Origin: Phoronis australis
Taxonomy: Eukaryota; Animalia; Phoronida
Assembly: GCA_002633005.1 (NCBI GenBank)
Contig: NMRA01000155.1
Coordinates: 452,275-516,274 of the forward strand
Length of the DNA stretch: 64,000 nucleotides
Reading direction: 5' to 3'
Part shown: in pieces, positions 1 through 12,811 of the stretch
Position numbering within the stretch: the first letter of the stretch is position 1
How the letters are laid out: each line of letters begins with the position of its first letter
The notes under the pieces: model-generated
Database searches by the model: none
Told to the model about the DNA's origin: nothing
What the model saw: the letters and a program-made list of their open reading frames with translations, nothing else
Program-made: the position numbers and the translations under genes

Positions 1-45
1 TTTTCTCACCACACTGTTCGTGCACAGTTAATTCATTTATTCTAG

Positions 46-337
46 ATGGTTCAATGCTGTACAAGACGATTTTAAGGGTAAACCATCATTTGATGCTGGT
101 GTGTCTAGCTCTCCATGTGGCCTGCGCATTGTGGAAGTACGACATTCAAGTAGTGGTGACGTGGCCCACCACTGGGAGTTCCTGCAGCCAGATCCTCCTC
201 AAACCCACAAGCTGTCCAGGTCAAACATCAGTGAGGTTCTAAATGAGGGAGCCACACAGTTTACTGTAGTGATTGAGGATAACTGCGGGAACATCTTACG
301 GGAAGATAATGTGCCACTCTCTAGTGTTTGTGAATAG
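46..337 (+). CDS. Terminal coding exon of an unidentified upstream gene (WFNAVQDDFKGKPSFDAG...EDNVPLSSVCE*)
   Basis: Pyrimidine-rich acceptor ...tttattctAG ends at 45. The frame is open for 96 codons to TAG at 335-337, followed by an abrupt switch to AT-rich 3'UTR-like sequence. Family not recognised. Confidence 0.65.
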
Positions 338-720
338 ACAGGGTGATTATTTACCGTTTCTTTATAGCTATTAACAAATACTATGGTGTCCAGTCATTTG
401 CATAATAGTATGATTTTCTACTTCTGATTGATGTTTTAAAAAGTGTAGAAAAATTTGTAGAAGTCATTTTTACGTATTTTTGGTTTCTTTCAGTTTATGC
501 CATACATGCGTCCATATTTATAATTTTTTTATCCATACGTTACTATTTTCAGATCTTATAATAATACTAAACGGGATGAATTACAATTATTATAATTATT
601 CTGGTTAAGATTAACTGAAACAGTTTTTAGTATAATAATGTATAGTTTATCATGCAGTTTTTCAATCTTCCTATTATTGAATTTGCAGATACAGAAATGT
701 TATTTTGTTATAATTGTGGA

Positions 721-1060
721 CAAAGTTTTATTTTTTGGATTGTTTTATTTTGACTAAATGGGAGGATGTTTTGGGAAATACATTGTAATAAATGGCTAAC
801 TTAGATTGAAATTGTTGTCATGAAGCTGCTTGAAGAAAGTTTTATTTTCGATTGGTTTATTGTGATTAAATGGGAGGATGTTTTGGGGAATGTATAGTGA
901 TAATAAATAGCTAACTCAGCTTGAAATCTTTGTCATAAGCATGGATAACGTTTTATTTTCGATTTTTGTATTACAACTGAATGGAGGGTGTTTTGGGGAG
1001 TACGTAATGGTAATACATGTCATTGGCTAACTTAACTTGAACTTTTTGTCACGAAGCTTT
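721..1060. repeat. Degenerate tandem repeat, about 3 copies of a ~115 bp unit
   Basis: The motif aaatgggaggatgttttggg...ggctaacttagcttgaa...tgtcatgaagc recurs three times. Confidence 0.75.
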
Positions 1061-3694
1061 CAATCAATATTCTGTTTCTGAATGGAGTAGGCACTGAGCG
1101 ACCAGGTTCCATATTCAAAATTAATCTCACACTTTTGCTGAAGAGGAGCTTTCAAAAGGTATTGCCATTAATGCTCTAAGTCAGACAGATAAAGTACGTA
1201 ATATCGTGCCTCATTCTGTTCGAGTAGCCAGCTGTTACAACCGGAAGGGGCAAAACTGGTGAATGATGGACCTTAATTACTTTCTGGTAAAACAGTAACA
1301 GATATAGACAGAATGAATGTTCATAGCTGGCACCATTACATAGTGTGGGGAATAGAGAAGTTACCCATCGGCGACGTATTTATGTTTGCATACCTAGCTT
1401 TGAACAGTGGATATGAATTACCAGCTATTCACCAACGCTTCCTCGCAAGTAACAGCCACCAGGTGGTGTTTAACAAACCACAACGGACCACCCACAGGAG
1501 ACATTGCGACATAGAGATTCACACCAGTATCTCGACAAAGGCCCAAGGACGGGCTCGAAAGCTTTTTTCGCAAATACAAATAGGTAACCAATAGGTAACA
1601 GCTCTATTCCCTACTGTAACAGATAAACTTGTTGATATGCATACAGATCTACCCAATAACATCCTTTGAGTGTGTATCCTTCTCCCAGGAGGACTCCCTT
1701 GTGAAATTTTTGATGGTTAGGCGTAATAACCCAAAAACTGATGCAAGCATGGGTGAAAATATGGACTGTGTTGTCATAGCAGCATCAGTTATTAACTTCC
1801 TTTGTTCTCTCAAAGTCATGGTCAACACGTTTGCCAAACAGAGCTGGGCTACTCACTCACATACCTTGCTTGATTTTTTTTTCGTATTCTGTCAATTGAT
1901 TTTTGGGTGAATTCAACAGTTGCAATACCCTTTGGTGGCCATTTTGGACTTGACAAGGAGGGACTTCTTCGGAACTTTTGGTAGGAAATCGGCAGATTTC
2001 AGTGAGACTTCATACTGCGGTATGTGATGGCGTTACACCAGCACCAGTCAATTTTTAGGTGGATTCAACCTCTGGAGCACTATTGTTGGCCATTTTTTCT
2101 GTGTGCTCGATACCTCTATTGATCACATTTTGTGCATGCCATTTTTCAATTTTCCCCAACCCCTGGCGCATTTCAGTATTCTTTGGGGAAGTTTGTTTCA
2201 CGATGACATATAAAGACTGATGGAAGTATGTCAATGAACTTGACACAGGGTTATATAACAACAATGCGCCAGCACAGTACACCCTTGAGGGCATTTTGGT
2301 CTCGACAAGGTACTTTTTTCTATACTTATGGGCAGAGTGCTTTCAGTTGATATCTACACACCTAATTGACAGGTTTATTAAATTTTGACATATAGGTATG
2401 TGGTAGGAAACACTGAACTTATGATGTAAAGTAGTGGCAGCATGGCTGTTAGGTTCCTATGGATGTGCTGCATTGTGGGTAACAGAATGCTTTGGTACAT
2501 CATGATGTGGCTATTCACTTGTCCAGTTACACTCCCACCTCACAATTGCTGAATTTTAGATTAAAAGATTTAGCCATGCAGTTATTAGCACATCACGGCC
2601 TAGAGATAATTTCACAATCTCAGTAACCAGCAGTTTTTACTCTCAAAACTGTTCTTTTGGCGAATTGAGATAATTATCTTTCAGAAACGGTAGTGTAATT
2701 CCTGGCTTCAGTCTTGAGTCACTTTTCATGAAACAAGCCCCAAGTTTCACAAACAATGCACATCAAGTGACCTGCATTTTAATTTAAAAATGACCATATA
2801 AAGCACATATTATATTTTTCATCAAAATTGTCATGGGAGACGCATATTAGTGTTGCCATAGTCCAGTTGCCCGGATAATGATAATAATTTATTCACCGTT
2901 CCGTGTCATATGTTGTCATTGTTGAACAATGCTTTTGACATCTGACCCATATAAGAGGGAATAAAATGTTCAAGTTAGTGTAACTCAGCTCCAGTTTTAA
3001 CATGATCTTGCATCGAGCAAATTTGACTACAAGTGAAAGAATAACGTGTAGTTTTACCTGTCTGATCACAAGCAGTCTACACTTTTAAAAAAGACAGCAC
3101 CATACAGTTCTCCACAGATGAGTGAAACCCCTCAATCTCCACATCTCCTTCAAGTAGACCACTGGTTGTATTAAGGTATAAAGTCTATAACATACCTAGA
3201 CGGGTCCCCATCTGTGTTCCTGCCTCTCGGCATGGTTTCCAGACAGGTGACCTCTTAACCCTTTGTGAGCTTATGTTTGACCATAAACTCATTTAATACT
3301 GTAATGGCGTTCAATCTTCAGTTTCATTAACAGAACAAAGGACTATTAAAAAGTTGATTTAAAGACTTCAATTGCCTCTACAGGTGTCCATCTACACTCA
3401 AAAGTTACATATAGTACTGTAACTTTGATAGTTTAGCTAGGGTTAAGCTTAACTTGACGAAAATCTTCTGGCGTACACACATGATTAGGTTGTGCCATCG
3501 TCTGCAGCACACCAAGGGGTGACCATGTTCATCTTCACAAGCCAGTCAAAAGCTGTGGGAAAAATCTTGGGCATGACTGAGAATATCCTGGCCTCCACGG
3601 GGAAACGTTTTATTGTCCAGATGTCTCCAGTTACAATTCAAAGGTCCCAAACTCGAAATCTTGTAAAGACTGGAATAACCCGTCATTCTAAATG

Positions 3695-3787
3695 TCAACT
3701 TCTTTGAAATTCATACTGAGCTGCATTTCTCTGAGTGGTGTATCTGCCAACGTCTGACTCCAGGTAGTGCATGAATTCAAAGACGAC
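3695..3787 (-). CDS. RMND1: RMND1 last coding exon (VVFEFMHYLESDVGRYTTQRNAAQYEFQRS*)
   Basis: Acceptor ttctcttgcAG, phase 0. Continues the C-terminal TM segment (...LILVE|VVFE, cf. vertebrate ITIEVMFE). Stop TGA at 3697-3695. Confidence 0.85.
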   Translation of the reverse strand, partial: VVFEFMHYLESDVGRYTTQRNAAQYEFQRS

Positions 3788-4009
3788 CTGCAAGAGAACA
3801 CTTGCACCAATAAGGCAATACGGGGATACAGTATTCCATTCTTTGTCTAAGTAACATCTTCAACCTAAAACCAAAGTTATTTTCATCTCCTTGGCTGAGA
3901 AATAAATGAGTAAGGTAATTCATAACTTCACACACAATATGGCGGACAAGAAAATTTTCATTTCATTGTCAAAATTCTCAATTTTTTAGAAATTTAGCTA
4001 ATAAAAGCT

Positions 4010-4510
4010 TATTGTGCTGTGTGCGTCGTTCAGATGTAATGTATACCCGAATGACCAGTTAGTAGCTACCCATGAGCTTGTCGTGTAGTGTATGGATTAA
4101 TAGTGTAATACATAGTTACCCAAATAAACAGTTAGTAGCTAGCTATGTGCTTGTTGTGCTGTGTATGGCTTTATGGTGTAATATGTGCCCAAATGATCAG
4201 TTCCTATCTAGCTAAGTATGTCCTTGTGCTATGTATGGCTTCATGGTCTAATACATGACCAAATGACCAGTTAGTAGCTAGCTATTTGCTTATAATGCTG
4301 TGTGTGGGTTTATGGTGTATTACTGCTCAAATAACCAGTTAGTAGCTAGCTATGTGCTTGTCATGCTGTGCATGGGTTTTTGGTGTATTACATGCCCTAA
4401 TGATCTGTTATCTGTTAGTAGCTAGCTATGTGCTTGTCATGCTTTGTGTGGCTTTAGGATGTAATACATGCCCAAATGACCAGTTACTGGCTAGCTATAT
4501 GCTCATCGTG
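4010..4510. repeat. Degenerate intronic minisatellite, ~70 bp unit, ~7 copies
   Basis: aatgaccagttagtagctagctatgtgcttgt...gtgtaatacatgccca recurs at roughly 70 bp spacing. Confidence 0.85.
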
Positions 4511-4521
4511 GCATGACTCAC

Positions 4522-4638
4522 CTCAACCAGAATCAGTATTATAATCATCCACTCCAGCCGGACATGATGAGCATCATTCAGTGTAGTCGTCAACAGTTCA
4601 GTCAGTTCACAGCAATGGGACAACTTCTCGTTCATCAC
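4522..4638 (-). CDS. RMND1: RMND1 exon ([39 protein letters not shown])
   Basis: AG acceptor and GTGAGT donor, 117 nt, phase 0/0. Matches the conserved VMNEKL...RLEWMI.ILI.IE motif of the RMND1/DUF155 family. Confidence 0.95.
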
Positions 4639-5861
4639 CTGAACAAAGGAACAAAGCTGTGATTGAAACGTTCAGTACACAAAGTGTACATTACAAATAG
4701 TTCAGGGAGGAAGGGAGGGGCTCATGTTTGAATTTTATGTTCAGTTTACACTGCAAAAAGTCCAGTAATGACCAAGACTACCACTAAAAACACAACTGAA
4801 CGTTTTATTTATTATTGCTTTTTCACATGAAACCACGTGACAATTTGTTTGAATATAATTTCACTTAAGGAACTGTCCACACTTAAAGCCGTTTTCACGA
4901 GCATACAAACCAGATGCTTTTTGGGGGAGGGGGTTTCTGCTAGCATAAGCTTTTGATGTGATCATAAAATGGCAGTGAAAAAGAGCAGATTAAAATCAAT
5001 GTCGCCAAGATACAACCAGGCAAAAACAAAATACACAAAGAATTGTTTGAAAATATTGTTTATTTTTTCATAACTGTACAAACCAACACTAATTTTAAAC
5101 TTTGAAGCGCACTTGAAGTTTAACGAATGTACAAAAACATATTAATAAACCTTATAAAAATATTGCCACTATTGCATGCTTCCGGGGAGAGGGAGGAGGG
5201 TTGGGAAAAGCCAGTGGTTTGTAAGCTTGTGAACATGGCGATGCTGCTGCGCACTAAAGGTGAAAAGGCAAAAAGTCACAAGGTACACATATCATTAAAG
5301 CTCCTATAAACTGGTGTTGTGTAACTTTTCTAGGCCTCTGTGCCCAGTTACGTGAAGCGTTCCCAAATAGGCACTCAACTAAGATCCCTAAATTTTTTGA
5401 GTACTTGCATCTTTCTTTGCTCACAGATGTAACATTTTTCTGTTGTTTCATCTTTATTATTAGCTCCTGCCTGATTAATAGCATTTTTTAATAATATATC
5501 TAAAAACTGACCCACCGAGTCCAACGAAAATAAACAGGGACTTGGTCCTTAAATTTGGAGCATTGCATGAAACAATCCCTATAATTTTTTGATAATATTG
5601 AGAACTCAACATAGAGTTCACTCTCGAATTTTATTAAAGGCAAAATTTGACTTAGCAATGAAACTAAAACATTATAAGAAAGGACAATTGGTGTTCTTGC
5701 AAGTCCATACATATGCAGTACATCTACGGAACTTAGTTGAGCCCCTACTTGGGACTGTTTCATGCAACTGGGCACTTATCTCTAACTGGTCTCAGTTTGT
5801 TCCTTTCTCAGACCAGAAGTGGGTTCTGGGTGTGGAAAGAACTAGCACCATATTACTGATT

Positions 5862-6246
5862 GAGACAATATCCAATAGGTATAAGATGACATGTCATGGC
5901 AAGACATATTGAGACAATATTCAATAGGTATAAGATGACCTGTCATGGCAAGACATATTGAGACAATATTCAATAGGTATAAGATGACCTGTCCTGGCAA
6001 GACATATTGCGACAATATTCAATAGGTATAAGATGACCTGTCATGGCAAGACATATTGAGACAATATTCAATAGGTATAAGATGACCTGTCCTGGCAAGA
6101 CATATTGAGACAATATTCAATAGGTATAAGATGACCTGTCATGGCAAGACATATTGAGACAATATTCAATAGGTATAAGATGACCTGTCATGGCAAGACA
6201 TATTGAGACAATATTCAATAGGTATAAGATGACCTGTCGTGGCAAG
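5862..6246. repeat. Homogeneous 49-bp minisatellite, ~8 copies
   Basis: gagacaatattcaataggtataagatgacctgtcatggcaagacatatt starts at 5862, 5911, 5960, 6009, 6058, 6107, 6156 and 6205. Confidence 0.97.
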
Positions 6247-6501
6247 CCGTATTGTTTAGCAATAACGAATGGTCAGTTTCTTGATGTATCGATTCATATC
6301 ACATTCGAGTAAGGAGCAATTTTAGACCAACTTCATAACTAAGTTTTCGAAATCAACAATTAGTTTTCTGATGGAAAGCATGCTTATGGAAGCCAAAATA
6401 CTATCTAGCCTATAAAATATCAACATTTTTGTATATTACCAGAGGGGTCAGAAAAAATTACGCCTGGTATACTGAGAAAATTGCAGAGAATGCTCCCTCA
6501 C

Positions 6502-6622
6502 CTTGGTCCTTTTGCTGATATTGAAGTGAGCATACGTCTTAAGATAGATAGCCTCCAGGTGCTCTCGATCCCAATAGAAATCAGGAGTATCCAGTAAATC
6601 AGAACTCAGGTTTATAAGATGC
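6502..6622 (-). CDS. RMND1: RMND1 exon (HLINLSSDLLDTPDFYWDREHLEAIYLKTYAHFNISKRTK)
   Basis: Canonical AG/GT, 121 nt, phase 2/0. Contains the DUF155 signature INLSSD..TPDFYWDR. Confidence 0.95.
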
Positions 6623-6819
6623 CTGACGTAAAAAGAGTAAAACTGTCAAAATTTGGCAGAATATCAGATTTCAGACATGGCTGATCGTATCAATGACTTT
6701 TTCAGACATTACTGAATATGGTTAATAATTTCAGCTGTTAACATCTTTTAAGTTTGCATTAAGTTAAAAAAAAATTAGGACTTTCTATTTATTGAGCTTC
6801 ACTGGCCTACGCAACAGAC

Positions 6820-6961
6820 CTGAGTGTGAAGAGTTCGCCCGTTTTCCGCGAGACCTCCCGGCGTGTTATTCTGACCATGCGACCAACCCTTAAGTCTTCC
6901 GTCACCCACTCGATGTCCTCGACATACTTATTAAGAAAGGCTTCCCAGATGCTAAGTTTAA
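6820..6961 (-). CDS. RMND1: RMND1 exon (VKLSIWEAFLNKYVEDIEWVTEDLRVGRMVRITRREVSRKTGELFTLR)
   Basis: AG/GT, 142 nt, phase 1/2. Conserved VKL.IWE and K.GELF.LR motifs. Confidence 0.95.
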
Positions 6962-7940
6962 CTGAAATAGGGAAAACACAAGACAAAAATGTAAGATGAG
7001 CGTGCACATCTGTCTTGGACACATGCAGATTAGGACTTTTGGGTAACGATTATTGTATTCTACAGGTGTATGTAGCACTGTATGTTGTTTCCACGTAATA
7101 TGTTAACTATAGCTTCACACATCAATGGTAATATTAGAAAGCATTGACAGCCTACCAGAGTGCACTTTATGGAGTTGACGAAACATGAAATGACTGACAC
7201 AGGGAAGTAAAGAGGGTGGAGTTAACTGAATATTAAATGCTGAACATCTATTACTGGTGGTGGCATGATGACGGCCTCAAAAAAAAAACGTAATTCATAC
7301 ATGATGCAATTCCTCCCACAAATACAACCAGACACTTGCCATCAATAAAAGTCTAACATCAAACATCATGATTTTGTGTAATTTAAATTACATGGAATAG
7401 AAAATAATGAAACCCAAATGCATGAAGTATTAACACTTATCGAGGAATTTGGGTAACGAAACTCAAAAATAAGAGACAAGGAAAGCCAAGCATGGGTATT
7501 TGAAAAGCCATGAATGTGCGATTTTCCTGTATATTACAAATTTGTGTATTGTCCTAGGAGTTGCACTAATGTCAGTCATTTTACATGGAAGAGTTAACTG
7601 GAAAAAGAATTAGTTCAATGTAAACAAAGCATTGTTTGAAAATGAATTCCATAAGATCTGGAGACTGAAACTCTATGTGATGGCATTCAGAGACCAGTGC
7701 ACTTTTATAATTTGGGATCTACATACAACAAAGCACGATTGTTAAAAACATGAAAATTTTTAACCTTAAGCGAAGGGTGTTTTGCCAAATGTGGGCGTTA
7801 ATGCAGAAAACCTATCAACGATAACAAGATTAAAAGAACGAATGTCAATTAAAGGTCTTGAAGAAATCAAGGTAACGTATATTGATGCTGGAATAACTGT
7901 TAAATCCAAACGATTCTCAGGATGTGAACAGTTCATATAC

Positions 7941-8065
7941 CTGACAGAGCCAGAGCATTAGAGAATGCGAATCGTTCATGCGTCGATTTCTCCAAATCTT
8001 CAGCACTGGGCTCTGAGGGCAAACTTTTTAGCACGATGTCACCCTTCTCAAGCCGTGTTCTGTCA
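7941..8065 (-). CDS. RMND1: RMND1 exon (DRTRLEKGDIVLKS...HERFAFSNALALS)
   Basis: AG/GT, 125 nt, phase 2/1. Conserved E.FAFSNAL.LS motif. Confidence 0.93.
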
Positions 8066-8615
8066 CTGCAACAGAGGACAGCAGACTCAAAGCAAAATAA
8101 AAAAACTTGCCACAATATAAAGTCTCAGCAATCAAATTCTATGAAAATTTGTTATATTCGAGCTAAAAAAGTGTGCTTTATTGGTGAAATTATACAGTCC
8201 TTAAAAATGTGCGTCACAACATCATCGCGCTAGTTACGGGAACACAAATGACTCAGCTACTTTTAACCACTTCTGCACCACCAGACAGAATTTTTATACT
8301 GATGATGTCACTATCCTAGATTGTGAGGAAGACTGGTTCAGAAGGGTTTTCACAGAAGCTCTGCACATGTCCTCTCTGAACAAACATGGTGCAATAAGGT
8401 TCCAAATGTCACACATATGGAATAGTGTCCTGACCTTGATGCCACGTCATCTGGTTAAAAATCACCTATTGGCCAGAACGATAGTAACACCATTAGCCAA
8501 ACTGAAGTTTGCGAAAGACAGACACAATGTTGCTAAATCAAGTAAGCAAATTTCAGTATTCAACTTGAGTTTTTGTGTATTTCGTTAGTTGATAGCTTTC
8601 TTGCATACCACTTAC

Positions 8616-8756
8616 TTGCTATATCTGTAGGTCATTTCCTCAAACTCCATGTTGACTAGATTTATATCATAAGAGTTCACTTCGTGTTGACGTAAAAACC
8701 TTAACACAGCGCCAGCTTCTGATTCCGTGAAGTTCCAAAACACAGCAGCACCCTCC
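8616..8756 (-). CDS. RMND1: RMND1 exon (EGAAVFWNFTESEAGAVLRFLRQHEVNSYDINLVNMEFEEMTYRYS)
   Basis: AG acceptor and GTAAGT donor, 141 nt, phase 2/2. Conserved FREGAAVFWN motif across the junction. Not in the ORF track. Confidence 0.95.
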
Positions 8757-8949
8757 CTGTATCAAATAAAAACTTTTTGAAAGCATCTGCAGACACAGTA
8801 TTTTAGTTCTTCAAAAAAAAATAATTGTTTGTTTAGAACTCTTACAAGACTTCTTTGATCCACAGTGCTTCACAATATTATCAAAATTCTTGATGATTTT
8901 TTCACATATACCATAAACAACATTGAAATCCAGGCAGACCAAAACTAAC

Positions 8950-9022
8950 CTGAAAAGATATATTTCTCTTTGTTCCTCTCCAAGCGAATATTTTGCCACA
9001 GCTCTGATGGCGTCATCCTCAT
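8950..9022 (-). CDS. RMND1: RMND1 exon (DEDDAIRAVAKYSLGEEQREIYLFR)
   Basis: AG acceptor and GTTAGT donor, 73 nt, phase 1/2. Joins in frame to give IYLFREG. Confidence 0.9.
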
Positions 9023-9817
9023 CTGAAATATAGCATAGCCATTAAAGGAGCATGGAATGCCAGAATGCATCAAAAATATCTTTACGGTTATATAGGGCAC
9101 CATAAAAATGGTGGGATAGGGCTATTTGCAGAACGTCATATCTCAGAAATGGCTGATCATATTCAAATCATATTCAAATGAAACTTTAAGATGCTATGCT
9201 TTATACACTGTTCTTCAAATCTCCAAAACACTGTCACAAATTGGTTTTAAAATGTTCCATTTTTGCATAAGAGTCTATTAAGATAGGACTTTTACGATTT
9301 TTATGAAAAAATCAAAAGCCGCATAAAAACGAAAACAAAATGATGACCTAGATAACTGTAACAGATACTGTTGAGATTTTTCTCTGAAATTTGGTCACGT
9401 AATTGATATAGTTGTTTGGCACAGTCCACATTCCACAGGAATATGGTACAAGCATAAGCCATTAGCACGACTGAAAAAATTTCAGTATGTCGAGTCATTG
9501 GCAAAGGCCGAGAATACATTTCCAGAAAGCAAAATTGTGAATCTGTACCTCAGGCAAGAGTATAGGAAAATATCATGTAGACTCTGGACAGAGTTGATCA
9601 ACATATCAGACATAATGAGGCTTAACTGCTTTAAGCAACGTTTTCACAATGAGCATTCATTTTCAGGATTTGCCAAGAAAGTGCTTGGTTTGATTTTCTA
9701 CTCACGTGAAAACTTACTTGATATGGACACCTAATGTTATGTTTAGTCTATACAACACCAGTCCACTTCCTATGCTGGATTATAGCACATTTATGTGTTA
9801 GCGTTACAGAGGCCTAC

Positions 9818-9926
9818 CATCAGCAAGAGGGCTGACTTCATAGAGCCCCTGTTGATTGAAATTTTCGGTAATGTCTTCCAGAGGGTATTCCTCAGAGGTG
9901 GCATATGCAAACACTTGAAACTCTGG
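9818..9926 (-). CDS. RMND1: RMND1 exon (PEFQVFAYATSEEYPLEDITENFNQQGLYEVSPLAD)
   Basis: AG acceptor and GTAGG donor, 109 nt, phase 0/1. Conserved A[FY]AT.[DE]EY.L motif. Confidence 0.92.
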
Positions 9927-10830
9927 CTGTAACAGAAATTATTAGCCATGACTGCACAACATGCTTTCACGGAAACTCATTGCAAAGGCCACGCTCATTT
10001 CCATTAAGTAGTTTCCTGAAGTTGCCTCCAATCTTCACTGTGTCAGAAGAGAAAAAACACAAATTTCAATGGAAAATATTTGCACAACTCCTAAAACAGA
10101 CATCTTTCGGTCCTGTCCAGAGGACGCCCTTAAACCCACCAGTTCTGCCCCTGAACAAGGCATTTCATTTCCATTATTACAACTGACACTTTAATCCCTT
10201 AAATACTGCAGCTTGTCATCAACTGGCCACGAAACTTAATAAATGCTAAGGGAGTAGCAAGCCAGGTAATTGTGCAGTACAGAGAATGTTAACTGCCACT
10301 CGCTTCAAGCACTCCCGCACGTTAGTAGGTGTTCATGCACTTCCAAACCATTTGGGTTTTCAGTTATAGACAACATCTGTTTAGAACAAACAACAGCAAG
10401 AGTACTTCTTCATTAATACAGGTCTATCCTGCACATTAGCTAAAACTGCCATTTTCATTTTTTAAAATTAGTTGATCAATTAGAATGTTAAGCTGCTTGA
10501 ACAACAAACATTGTTCATAATTATCTAGAATCTATCTGGATTATTCAACATATATTTAGTACTTGTCTGAGAAGTAGGTGCTAAACAGGAGCATTAAAAG
10601 TTCTCAAGACAGACAAGCATCCTCATCAGAAAAACTTGAAAAATGTTCATAAAAATAAATCGGAAGTATTAAACACTACACTACCCTCTGAGGATTCTAC
10701 CTCTCATACACTCGGAAAGACACACTCTCTTACATAGGCACCAAAGATGATCAGTTTTCAATATGAAAACGAAAAGCATCTAATCACATGGCATAAATCT
10801 GAATCTTCCATAGGATTATCCAGGGTCCAG

Positions 10831-11064
10831 GGCCCATTCCAAGAAAACTGACTTAGCTAAGACAAGTCTTCAGTTTCAGTCAGTTTTTAGGATAAAACTT
10901 CAATTTGTTTCAAATCCATTTCAAGAAAAAGGTCATTAAGTTTGGCTTAAGTTGTTGACTTACATTTTGTATCAATTTTGACTAACTTAGCGGATGTGGA
11001 AGTTTCAAAGTTTGAAGAGACTTAAGTCAAAAATGAACTTAACTCAGTATCTTGGAATGGGTCC
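10831..11064. mobile_element. Harbinger-like MITE
   Basis: Imperfect TIRs ggcccattccaagaaaactga / tcagtatcttggaatgggtcc, flanked by a 3-bp CAG duplication. Confidence 0.65.
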
Positions 11065-11278
11065 CAGGACTATAAGTGTATTATATATTAATGCATTTTG
11101 GTTCTTTTTGTTTTCGCAATGAATATCAGGTAGTGGTTACACTGTGTGCATAAACAAGGGCTTGTGTTTTTCCAAGCATAGGACAGGACTCTGAAAAAGT
11201 TTGAATCTGCAACCAGTGCAGTGTTTAATACCACACGCTTAAATGCGAATTTGCTGCAAAGAAGCCAGAGAACAGTAC

Positions 11279-11785
11279 CTGAGTAGACTGAGAGGTTTTC
11301 AATTTCCTCTTACGGACAGCTCTTTTCATAGACAAAGTAGAAATAGCCTTCTGAATTCCTTCAACAGGGAGTTTTACGTCTGAAGCTTGAAGACCAGAAG
11401 TATGAAAGCCTGCTTGAAGAATTCCAGGTTTTAACAGATGCGTGAGTGTTGAATTCAGTTGACAACTTGAAGCTTGATTAAGAATCTTATCATGTTGCTT
11501 CTCTACATAGCACACACTTTGCTGTTTTCTAATTTGTCTCTTCGTGCCAATGAAGACTGTGGAACACACATTCCGATTTTCTCCATATCTTCTCACAAGT
11601 CCATTTGCAGTAAACTTGTCACTTGGTAAATGATGAAGAGAGACGCGTTGATATCTGCAGAAAAAGTGATGAAATCTGCCATCCACACAAAGGTTCAACT
11701 TTGGCAAGGTTTTCAAAACGACATTCAAAAGTCCATTGAATGTTTGAGGAGCATGCAGACAGACCATTATTCTGGACCTGAACAT
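11279..11785 (-). CDS. RMND1: RMND1 first coding exon (MFRSRIMVCL...KRKLKTSQSTQ), with a basic N-terminus resembling a mitochondrial targeting sequence
   Basis: ATG at 11785 and donor CAG|GTACTG at 11279 (phase 0, matching the next exon). Acceptor at 11835-11836, so the exon carries about 49 nt of 5'UTR. Confidence 0.82.
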
Positions 11786-12418
11786 ATTGGGGTGGTAACC
11801 AGTTCAATATTCTCTTTATCTCATGTCTTCATTCCTAGAAATGAAAATGTTTGTAAATAAGAATCATGAGGACAGTATTCCCTTTTAGGATGCTCACACT
11901 GCAGGTGAGGTTCTCCTTAGGACATGATAAGATGAAAAAAACAAAATCATCTTGTAAAATATCTAAACACAGAAAATTAGACTTTATTTCCTTTTTATCA
12001 TAATATTAGTCAATATCACACAGTCATGTATAGTTGCATTTTGTAACGCCAGAGAATGCATCAGCTTCGGAAAATCAAGTTGGAAAGTGGGAATTTCAAC
12101 TGTTTTAGTCCCAAATTGAAAAATGTTCAACTTAACTTGGTTTTGGTCATTGACTTCGATGAAGATATTTTATATCACCTAGTAGATCGATTGTCCTCAT
12201 TAAGTGACCAATCCTGGTGACTAAAAACCCCTAAAAGCCACATAAACAGAGGGGTCAATATTTGTTCACCAAGCCAGTATGCTGTACTATGGGAGCAAGT
12301 TTTGCCATATGCAGAATTGGTTTAACACATGACACTTTTCGTTATTGACAGTCTTTACTCCGTTTCGTTCATAAGTTTGTAATAAAACTCTCCACTCAAT
12401 GGAAAATTGATGAAGTAA

Positions 12419-12632
12419 CTGACCAAGAGACATGATTAAAAGATATATGATATTTCGAAACATACTTGTTTCATTCTCAAGTGGAAATAAAATGACGCAG
12501 TAATGCCACCACAGAGTATAAGCTGGAGACATACAGAGTGGGTCACGGCAGGTGTGGTGACATTACTGCGTCATTTTATTTCTACTTGAGAATGAATCAA
12601 GTATGTACCTTTTAATCATGTCTCTTGGTCAG
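12419..12632. repeat. Foldback / long inverted repeat with ~90-bp arms
   Basis: ctgaccaagagacatgattaaaag...catacttgtttcattctcaagtggaaataaaatgacgcagtaatg is mirrored by cattactgcgtcattttatttctacttgagaatgaatcaagtatg...cttttaatcatgtctcttggtcag. Confidence 0.85.
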
Positions 12633-12811
12633 ATAAAGAATTTTTGATGTATGGAAATTAGAATCATAGGAGCACTACAGAGAGTGACTAATGTCTCTAG
12701 CTGGCTCAATAGAGACATTGTAGCTCCTATAGGAACTTCATACGCCTGAAGCTTTTCAGCGAATTATGCCTCACACCAACTAAAACATCTGTCACGTTTT
12801 TATCTTTTCTG

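Noticed and set aside
1190-2330. Possible mobile element between the convergent 3' ends
   Set aside because: Only very short terminal similarity (aaagtac/gtacttt) and no TSD or coding remnant that I could support.
3492-3707. + strand 71-aa ORF and other short frames here
   Set aside because: Antisense to the RMND1 3'UTR, with no splice or homology support.
5862-6246. Regular 49-bp repeats as a CRISPR array
   Set aside because: Units are contiguous with no unique spacers, there are no cas genes, and the array lies in a spliceosomal intron. It is a minisatellite.
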